Assembly (NCBI RefSeq): GCF_000018465.1 | Contig: NC_010085.1 | Coordinates: 510,001 to 542,000 of the forward strand | DNA: 32,000 nt | Reading direction: 5' to 3' | DNA from: Nitrosopumilus maritimus SCM1 | GTDB taxonomy: Archaea; Thermoproteota; Nitrososphaeria; Nitrososphaerales; Nitrosopumilaceae | In this document: positions 26,145 through 32,000 of the stretch, in pieces | How the letters are laid out: each line of letters starts with the position of its first letter | Numbering within the stretch: the first letter of the stretch is position 1 | The notes under the pieces: model-generated | What the model was told of the DNA's origin: nothing | Database searches by the model: none | Seen by the model: the letters and a program-made list of their open reading frames with translations, nothing else | Program-made: the position numbers and the translations under genes

Positions 26145-26323
26145 TGTTCTCAAAAGAAAAAATTACTGTAGCTTACACTGTAGAAAAATGTGAAAAATGT
26201 GACATGCAAAAGAAACGAAAATTTTCTGAAGGTGATGTTTTGTTTGCAGAAATATCAAAATGTAATTCCTGTGACGGAATTACTGTAATTGATAAAATAT
26301 TTGGTGAAACCCTAGAACAATAA
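26144..26323 (+). CDS. small zinc-ribbon protein (59 aa)
   Basis: Hand translation gives MFSKEKITVAYTVEKCEKCDMQKKRKFSEGDVLFAEISKCNSCDGITVIDKIFGETLEQ, with two CxxC pairs. Its ATG overlaps the upstream stop (TAATG). Confidence 0.5.
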   Translation: MFSKEKITVAYTVEKCEKCDMQKKRKFSEGDVLFAEISKCNSCDGITVIDKIFGETLEQ

Positions 26324-26324
26324 A

Positions 26325-27218
26325 CTATGCTTTAGTAGTTACTGTAACCCCATCTTCTGTTGGAATAAACGTATGTTCTGCTTGAGCCACTCTTTGTTCA
26401 TTTACTTCAATTAAAACTGGATACGCCTGAACTGCTTTTTTCTTTACTAGAATGTCTAACAAGTCTTTTGCTTCTTTTTCATCTCTATCTTTTGTAATCC
26501 ATCTTAATGCAAATGGTAACATGTTAAAATTCTCCCAGATATAGTCCAGTAGTTTATCTGCTTCTGCATTTTTTGTTTTCTTTCTAGAGTTTATTGCAAA
26601 AATGTTTTTTATTTGCCCATTTCTAACAAATCCTCCTCCCTCTGATGTTGTGACAAAAGGTTCACACGCATATGCAGAATTTTCAGAAAGTGAAAATCCT
26701 CCAATTGACCAGATATTTGGAATGGATTTTCCTGCATGAATTGTATACTGTTCCAAGGAATGACCACTGAGATTTGCAATTGGTTTGTATCCCATTTGTT
26801 TTATTGTAGTTTCTATAGTTCTGCCAATGTCACTTGCTTTTACTCCTGCTTTGATCATTGACATTGCATTTGCCAACCCTTCTTCAGCTGCTTGTACTAG
26901 TCCATCATATTGTGGATCGTAACATACTGTTACTGCAGTATCTGCAATGTATCCGTTAATCTGTGCCCCTAGATCAATTTTTATCAAATCTGTATCCTTG
27001 ATGGTGATTGGATCATTTGGTTCTGCAGTATAATGAGCTGCAACTTCATTGATACTTGTATTAACTGGAAATGCACATTTTGCTCCTCTTTTTCTAATTT
27101 CATCTTCTACCCACTCACAAATTTCATAAACTGTTTTTCCAACCCAATCTTTGACTCTGACCATCTCTCTTACTTCGGATGCAATTTTTCCTGCTTTGAT
27201 GTATTCTTCTGTTTGCAC
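26325..27218 (-). CDS. map: methionine aminopeptidase, type 2 (archaeal)
   Basis: 'FPVNTSINEVAAHYTA', 'IKIDLGAQINGYIADTAVT', 'GHSLEQYTIHAGKSIP' and 'AQAEHTF' are the metal-ligand blocks of MetAP2. GTG start. Confidence 0.92.
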   Translation of the reverse strand: MQTEEYIKAGKIASEVREMVRVKDWVGKTVYEICEWVEDEIRKRGAKCAFPVNTSINEVAAHYTAEPNDPITIKDTDLIKIDLGAQINGYIADTAVTVCYDPQYDGLVQAAEEGLANAMSMIKAGVKASDIGRTIETTIKQMGYKPIANLSGHSLEQYTIHAGKSIPNIWSIGGFSLSENSAYACEPFVTTSEGGGFVRNGQIKNIFAINSRKKTKNAEADKLLDYIWENFNMLPFALRWITKDRDEKEAKDLLDILVKKKAVQAYPVLIEVNEQRVAQAEHTFIPTEDGVTVTTKA

Positions 27219-27290
27219 ATTTTTGCTCCTTTGTGTGCCTTTAAAATGATTATCTGTGAAGCTTAAATTGGGCGACTTTTAGGATTTACT

Positions 27291-27367
27291 GGGATCGTGG
27301 TCTAGCTTGGTATGATTCTGCGTTTGGGACGCAGAGGTCGCGCGTTCAAATCTCGCCGATCCCACCA
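27291..27367 (+). tRNA. tRNA-Pro (anticodon UGG) with genomically encoded CCA
   Basis: Folded by hand. The 7-bp acceptor stem GGGATCG/CGATCCC is perfect. The anticodon stem is CTGCG/CGCAG with loop TT-TGG-GA (G37). The T arm is GCGCG-TTCAAAT-CTCGC with one C52:U62 mismatch. Discriminator A is followed by CCA. Confidence 0.9.
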
Positions 27368-27402
27368 TTATCTTATTATCAAATCAATTCTACTCTGATA
27401 TT

Positions 27403-27472
27403 GCCGAAGCAATGAGGAAGAGTTAGAGTAATGACTTTGATATGAAGTAAACTAATGGCTCTGAGCTCCGGC
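27403..27472 (+). ncRNA. candidate C/D-box sRNA (2'-O-methylation guide)
   Basis: An 8-bp terminal stem (gccgaagc/gctccggc, one mismatch) is followed by a 3-nt bulge and C box AUGAGGA (27412-18). D box CUGA (27461-64) abuts the 3' stem. Internal D'-like AUGA (27431-34) and C'-like AUGAAGU (27442-48) are present. Both spacers are exactly 12 nt. A T5 run at 27476-80 follows. Confidence 0.42.
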
Positions 27473-27505
27473 ATGTTTTTATCAATTCTTTGAGGTCTTG
27501 TTTTA

Positions 27506-27751
27506 TTGAAATTTGAGCGACGAGATATTATTTTGATTGCCGGTCTTTTGCTTTTTATGATTGGGCTAATTCCATTTATGAGCCCCGCTTACGCTGTAAT
27601 TATTGTAATTATCATGTATTTTGGAATCAAATTCTATGTTGCAAAGAGACGGCAATTAATGGAACAAGATGTCGGTGAAGGACTGTGCCTAGATTGTGGT
27701 GCTAAAATACATGAAAAAAAATGCCCTAATTGTGATTCTTCTAAGGAATAA
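27506..27751 (+). CDS. small membrane protein with C-terminal zinc ribbon (81 aa)
   Basis: Two TM helices (IILIAGLLLFMIGLIPF; AVIIVIIMYFGIKFYV) are followed by 'CLDCGAKIHEKKCPNC'. TTG start. Confidence 0.5.
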   Translation: MKFERRDIILIAGLLLFMIGLIPFMSPAYAVIIVIIMYFGIKFYVAKRRQLMEQDVGEGLCLDCGAKIHEKKCPNCDSSKE

Positions 27752-27874
27752 TTCCTACGTAGTGCTTAAAACGGAAAAATCTCCAAAATTTGTATGGTTT
27801 TAAGATATAGGACTTTAACAACAAACTCGGTCCGAAAAGTCAGACTTTTAACACTTTTACCATAATTCCACGTA

Positions 27875-29041
27875 ATGTCATCATTCTTGCTAAAGAAAAA
27901 ACGCCTAAAAACATGGGATGAAAAACTATCCAACAAATCCCAGAGGACAAAAGATGGTTATACTTTAGTTATCAAATCCTTTGAAAAATTCTGCAGCGAG
28001 TATTATGGAGGTAGAACAAAAGACGATATCTTTGATGAATTATCTGTTCTAAAAGATGCTGAAAAGACTCTTGCTACTGTAGATTTGATTCAAAATTGGA
28101 TTAATTGGCATTATTCTCATGGTGTAAAAACATCCGTTGTAAAGTTGTATCTTGCATGGCTAGGAAAATACTTTGATTATAGAGAGATTTCAATAACTCA
28201 AAAGATAAAGGATGAACTTGACTTTAAACGCGATCTAAAAGACGAACCCTTTGCACTTGAAATTCAACATATTCAGAATATTTTCAAATTTGCTAGTCCT
28301 AAAAAGATTGGATTCTATCTCGCACTAGTCTCTACTGGCGCAAGACCTGCTGAACTATTACAGGTAAAAAAGCGTGACATTATCACATCTACAAAAAGAC
28401 TCAAGGTATTGATTCAACCTGAAGGTGTAAAGACTCGACATGGACGTTCAGCATATCTTACAAAAGAAGCTGCACGATACTGTTTGATGAGATTACGTCA
28501 AATTAGTGATGATGATCTAGTCTGGGGTAAACATGAAGATTATAGCAAAACAGAAAAAGCAGAATCAAAGACATTTTCAAGATATTGTGATAATGCAGGC
28601 TATGTTGAACGATATCATTCTAATAATTATAGAAAAATCACCCTCTATTCTTTTAGGTCCTTTTTCTTTAGTGCTGCAGCAGACGTAAATCGTGAAGGAT
28701 ATGCACACAAAATGACTGGTCATGGGGGATATCTGTCTCAATATGACCGAATGTCTGATGAAAAGAAACTTGAATGGTTTTTGAAAGTAGAGCCATTTTT
28801 GACTATAGATGATGATGAAAGATTACAACTTGAAAATAAACAACTAAAGAAGGAAAATACAGAGAAAAAACAATTCGAAGAAGAAATCAAAAATTTAAAG
28901 AAAAGACAAGTAGAGCTTGAATATAATCAAAAAGAATACGAATCAATCAAACCTGATGTAGAGAAACTTGTTTTAAATTATTTTGAAGAACTTGGAGAAG
29001 ATTTTTTCAGAAAAGTATTTTCAAAAAATAGCATAAATTAA
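27875..29041 (+). CDS. tyrosine recombinase / phage-type integrase with C-terminal coiled-coil tail
   Basis: Catalytic contexts are present: 'STGARPAELL' (Arg I), 'YSFRSFF' (the H/Y-x-x-R box), 'GHGG' and 'YLSQYD' (candidate Tyr). There is an N-terminal SAM-like domain, and the last ~70 aa are E/K-rich. Confidence 0.88.
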   Translation: MSSFLLKKKRLKTWDEKLSNKSQRTKDGYTLVIKSFEKFCSEYYGGRTKDDIFDELSVLKDAEKTLATVDLIQNWINWHYSHGVKTSVVKLYLAWLGKYFDYREISITQKIKDELDFKRDLKDEPFALEIQHIQNIFKFASPKKIGFYLALVSTGARPAELLQVKKRDIITSTKRLKVLIQPEGVKTRHGRSAYLTKEAARYCLMRLRQISDDDLVWGKHEDYSKTEKAESKTFSRYCDNAGYVERYHSNNYRKITLYSFRSFFFSAAADVNREGYAHKMTGHGGYLSQYDRMSDEKKLEWFLKVEPFLTIDDDERLQLENKQLKKENTEKKQFEEEIKNLKKRQVELEYNQKEYESIKPDVEKLVLNYFEELGEDFFRKVFSKNSIN

Positions 29042-29060
29042 TTTATAAATTATTTTTGGA

Positions 29061-29183
29061 AATTTATAACTTATTTTTATTTATAAAAAATTATGCATAA
29101 TAAGTTAAAACAGATTATATACTTGTGCACAAACATCTGTACATAAAAATTAATTTATAACTTATTTTTATTTATAAAAAATT
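29061..29183. repeat. two perfect 32-bp direct repeats (29061-29092, 29152-29183) within an array of (a)atttataa motifs
   Basis: aatttataacttatttttatttataaaaaatt was verified base-by-base at both positions, with a 91-bp period. The palindromes ttatgcataa (29091-29100), tgtgcaca (29124-29131) and tgtaca (29138-29143) lie between the copies. Confidence 0.9.
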
Positions 29184-29452
29184 TCAAATAATTTATAAAA
29201 AATTATTTGTAAAAAATAAAACCTGATTTCTCTATTGATGTAAAAATATTCTAAAAAATTGTTTGTAGTTGCAGAAACACAGAAATTCATTTTAGAATTT
29301 TTATGCAATTTTTTTATTAGTTTGGAATATTTTTTTAGTTTTTTAGTTTGAGGCTATTGAGATTATTTTGCTCATATTGCATATTTGAATTCTAAACTTT
29401 CTGAAAATTTTTTTAGCATTTTAAAAATTAAAAACAATGTCACATTCAATTT

Positions 29453-29460
29453 TTTAAATA
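29453..29460 (+). promoter_or_regulatory. TATA-like box (tttaaata) about 27 nt upstream of ATG 29483, implying a leaderless transcript
   Basis: The sequence and spacing fit the archaeal TATA-to-TSS distance (about 25-27 nt). No Shine-Dalgarno-like sequence lies between it and the ATG. Confidence 0.35.
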
Positions 29461-29482
29461 CTAGTGCATTGCAAAAGTCTTG

Positions 29483-30115
29483 ATGAAATCTAATACCACT
29501 ACAAAGAATGATTCGATCTCAAATCAAACTGATGATTCTTGGATACAATACAAAAACAATCTTCACATACAAAAAAACAAAATTTCAAAAGAATTTCGTT
29601 GCATTACTTGTAAACTTTCATTGGGTGAAAATCAAGGCGGTGCTGGAGGTCATAGCAAATCCAAACATAAAATGACTTTGAGTGGAGAACCAATTCAAAC
29701 TAAATCTTTTCATGATTCTGATTCTGACAAAAACCCTGCCCCTTCATATATTGATGAAATTGATGAAGAACTTCTTAGACGAAGAACTGCCACACAAGAT
29801 TTTTCTGATGATACTGTTGAATCTATGACTTTGCTTGATGTCTACAAAGATGTGGCCTCAGGTGCGGCTAAAATCACCAAAGATCCAGAATTACAGTTTG
29901 AATATGGGCAATTAAAATTACGACGCATAATTCCGCCGGATTGGGATTTTCGTATGTGGATTAAAATGACAGTTGATTTGTTTAATAGAATTCATAAAAT
30001 AAATATACAATTCACCCAAAACCTTGATGAACTCAGCCCTGAACAATTAGAATGGCATAAGTTAGTTTATCAAGAAAATTTGGAATGGGAATATGAACAA
30101 GAACCCACTTCGTAA
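29483..30115 (+). CDS. orphan hypothetical protein with N-terminal C2H2-like zinc knuckle and acidic C-terminus
   Basis: 'FRCITCKLSLGENQGGAGGHSKSKH' has the C-x2-C-x13-H-x4-H pattern. The C-terminal third is acidic and Trp-rich (EQLEWHKLVYQENLEWEYEQE). ATG 29483, with TTG 29480 adjacent. Confidence 0.55.
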   Translation: MKSNTTTKNDSISNQTDDSWIQYKNNLHIQKNKISKEFRCITCKLSLGENQGGAGGHSKSKHKMTLSGEPIQTKSFHDSDSDKNPAPSYIDEIDEELLRRRTATQDFSDDTVESMTLLDVYKDVASGAAKITKDPELQFEYGQLKLRRIIPPDWDFRMWIKMTVDLFNRIHKINIQFTQNLDELSPEQLEWHKLVYQENLEWEYEQEPTS

Positions 30116-30146
30116 TTTTTACAATTACTGATTTTATGAAAGTAGC

Positions 30147-31508
30147 CTAAACTTTGACTCTGATTTTGCCTGTCAAAAGTTTCTGCATTAGTCCTTTTTT
30201 GAGAGATTCTAGAGATTTCTTTTTTAATTCAAGATTTGATATGTTAGAATCAACATCAGAAAGTACTGAAATGATTTTTTCTTGTTCTTCTATTGAAGAT
30301 ATGTATGGAATTAACAGATTTTGTTGATTTGTTATTCCTATGTAATCTCGTGTAGATTGTTTTGCTAACGATTTTAGTTGTTTTTGAAAATCAAAACTTT
30401 GAAAAATATAATATAGAAATTTAGGAATAATTTTACTGGATAATCGATAGTAAGTTGTTTGAGGTGAAAGAATAATTCTATCAAATTTATTTCCAACAAC
30501 TGCCACATTTCCAACACTTCCTTTATGAGACAGTAAAACATCTTTTTGTTTGGCAAATCCGATTCTTAGTATTTTTAGAAATTTTTCAGGTAGGAATTTA
30601 CATAAATCATAGTTAATGTTATCGTTCATCAAACAATCTGCTGTAACAAACGGAATTCCTTTTTGAATAAAATCTAAAGATTTAGGATGTAATTCTCCAT
30701 GATTTCCATCTTGAATTTCTAGAATTCTCTTTTCATCAACTAATTTTTTGATTTTCACATATTCCCAAGAATCAGGAATTTCAAAATAATTTCCAAATCT
30801 GTCGAATACTTTCTTAAATTTCTTATGTTTGATTCCTTTTGTTAGGAGTTGCTGTAGTAAGCCAATCTTGAGATGTTTTGTTTGATCTATGATTTTCTCA
30901 TATGAATAGATTAGATTATCAACATTAGACAATATGGAAAGAATTTTTTGTTGTTCAGAAATTTTTGGAGTTTTGATTAACAGATTTTTGATAATTCCGG
31001 TATTCAATCCTCCCATAACCAACCCCCTTGATTCTTTAATTATCTGACGATAAACAAAATTTGATTTCAAAAAATAATACAAGAACTTAGGAAGAAGTTT
31101 CTCGTGATCTAGAGAAATTTTTAAAAGATGGGATGAAATAATTGCTCTTCCTATATCTTCAGGGACAATTGCTGTTTTCCCTAATGTTCCCATCATTGTA
31201 ATTAGAACATCGTTTGGTTTTACAGTAAATCCTTTTAGTTTCTCATATTTTTCTTCAGTAATGAATTTTTGATATTTCCAAGTAAACTTATCATTCACAA
31301 TATTTTCAATCCAAAGTGTTTTAATTTTTCCAGAATTCAATAATTCATGAGTCTTTAAACTACTTCCAAAAGGTCCCATCCGAATTGATGATTTTTCATT
31401 TTTTGGAGTCAATTTGTCCAAAATTACATAATTCCAATCTTCAGGAATTTCTTCGTATTTTCCAAAAAGTGACTTTACTAGTTTGTATCCTGGTTTTACT
31501 TTTGCCAA
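30147..31508 (-). CDS. hsdS: type I restriction-modification specificity subunit
   Basis: Two target-recognition halves each open with 'IPEDWNYV...'/'IPDSWEYV...'. The conserved central region ('LKIGLLQQLLTKGI') and C-terminal region ('LKKGLMQKLLTGKIRV') are typical of HsdS. Confidence 0.9.
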   Translation of the reverse strand: MAKVKPGYKLVKSLFGKYEEIPEDWNYVILDKLTPKNEKSSIRMGPFGSSLKTHELLNSGKIKTLWIENIVNDKFTWKYQKFITEEKYEKLKGFTVKPNDVLITMMGTLGKTAIVPEDIGRAIISSHLLKISLDHEKLLPKFLYYFLKSNFVYRQIIKESRGLVMGGLNTGIIKNLLIKTPKISEQQKILSILSNVDNLIYSYEKIIDQTKHLKIGLLQQLLTKGIKHKKFKKVFDRFGNYFEIPDSWEYVKIKKLVDEKRILEIQDGNHGELHPKSLDFIQKGIPFVTADCLMNDNINYDLCKFLPEKFLKILRIGFAKQKDVLLSHKGSVGNVAVVGNKFDRIILSPQTTYYRLSSKIIPKFLYYIFQSFDFQKQLKSLAKQSTRDYIGITNQQNLLIPYISSIEEQEKIISVLSDVDSNISNLELKKKSLESLKKGLMQKLLTGKIRVKV

Positions 31509-31509
31509 T

Positions 31510-32000
31510 CTAGACCTTGAATCCTAATTCCTTTAGATCTTGTTTGACTTTTAGTTCAAGCTCGTCTCTTTCCTTGTCCAGTTTCTTGAGTTCATCTATT
31601 GTTGCCTGAATGTCTATGATTTTTTCTTCTTCTGAAATATCCACATATCTAGGAACGTTGAGGTTGAACTCATTTTCTCTGATTTCATCGAGTTCTGCAA
31701 CATGACAATACTTATCCTCATCTTTGAATGCCTTGAATGCCTTAACAATATGTTCGATGTCTTTGTCTCTTAACTTGTTTCTTACTTTTCCTTCTTGAAA
31801 TTCATTAGCTGCATAAATGAACAAAATTTTGTTTTTTCTTTCCTTTGGTTTGTTTTTGTTTAAGATTAAGACACATGCTGGAATTCCTGTTCCATAGAAT
31901 AATGCAACAGGTAATGCAATTATTGCCTCTATCATATCTCCTTGCAAGTTTTCATCCTTGTTTCCTGCAATCATATTTTCTCTGATTTTTTGCTCAGAAC
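31510..32000 (-). CDS. hsdM: type I restriction-modification DNA methyltransferase subunit, C-terminal part (N-terminus beyond the window)
   Basis: 'AIIALPVALFYGTGIPACVLILNKNK' and 'NEFNLNVPRYVD' are typical HsdM C-terminal blocks. The frame stays open upstream of Met 31974 to the window edge. Its stop lies 1 nt before the hsdS start. Confidence 0.88.
   Translation of the reverse strand, partial: SEQKIRENMIAGNKDENLQGDMIEAIIALPVALFYGTGIPACVLILNKNKPKERKNKILFIYAANEFQEGKVRNKLRDKDIEHIVKAFKAFKDEDKYCHVAELDEIRENEFNLNVPRYVDISEEEKIIDIQATIDELKKLDKERDELELKVKQDLKELGFKV

Larger units (their letters stand above)
27368..32000. mobile_element. putative integrated element / genomic island at tRNA-Pro (integrase plus type I R-M cargo); right end outside the window
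   Basis: An intact tyrosine recombinase gene lies 0.5 kb 3' of the tRNA, followed by orphan ORFs, an extremely AT-rich repeat region and hsdS/hsdM. No second copy of the tRNA 3' end was found inside the window. Confidence 0.55.

Noticed and set aside
27244-27255. aaatgattatc upstream of map/tRNA, sharing an 11-mer with the amt-PII palindrome
   Set aside because: Only a half-site is present, and a single 11-mer match is plausible by chance in an AT-rich sequence. This is not enough to claim a regulon.
29061-29183. Possible CRISPR array (32-bp repeats)
   Set aside because: There are only two copies. The repeat is nearly pure A/T with no CRISPR-like structure, the intervening 59 bp shares the same motif family, and no cas genes are visible.
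27368-32000. Search for attR (a second copy of the tRNA-Pro 3' end) inside the window
   Set aside because: Visual scanning found no copy of the gttcaaatctcgccgatccca segment or a substantial part of it. The island boundary therefore cannot be defined from this window.

Overview
AT-rich, tightly packed archaeal chromosomal segment. Class I LysRS, TBP, Elp3, CofG/CofH, type 2 MetAP, a PAC2-type chaperone and the overall protein style suggest a marine ammonia-oxidising thaumarchaeon (Nitrosopumilus-like); this is inference, as no search was run. About 27 kb is core genome: ferritin, a PNPOx-like flavoprotein, an elp3-lysK operon, a lysine-rich repeat protein, a CPA2 antiporter, purM, a PAC2/HbYX chaperone, a secreted protein, a PII/Amt nitrogen cluster, a CaCA exchanger, pmbA-cofH-cofG, HtrA, GT2 plus SRPBCC, a tRNA-binding protein, TBP, a DUF1512-like gene and MetAP. 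tRNA-Pro(UGG) at 27291-27367 is followed by an integrase-led island: a membrane zinc-ribbon ORF, a tyrosine recombinase, an AT-rich repeat region, an orphan zinc-knuckle ORF, type I R-M hsdS and a partial hsdM. The island runs off the window. The best candidate for something undescribed is the non-canonical nitrogen-sensing neighbourhood at 12.1-15.7 kb. It holds two divergent PII-like genes, one continuing through an in-frame TGA into a ribbon-helix-helix (RHH) module. A perfect palindrome lies exactly equidistant from the divergent PII and amt start codons, and amt is followed by a Roadblock-like gene overlapped by a second RHH gene. Other notable items are a well-formed C/D-box sRNA candidate just 3' of the tRNA, three tiny Cys-rich ORFs including a classical C2H2 finger, a 60-bp in-frame tandem repeat, and several structured intergenic regions. 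All calls rest on reading the sequence and ORF translations; no database search was possible.
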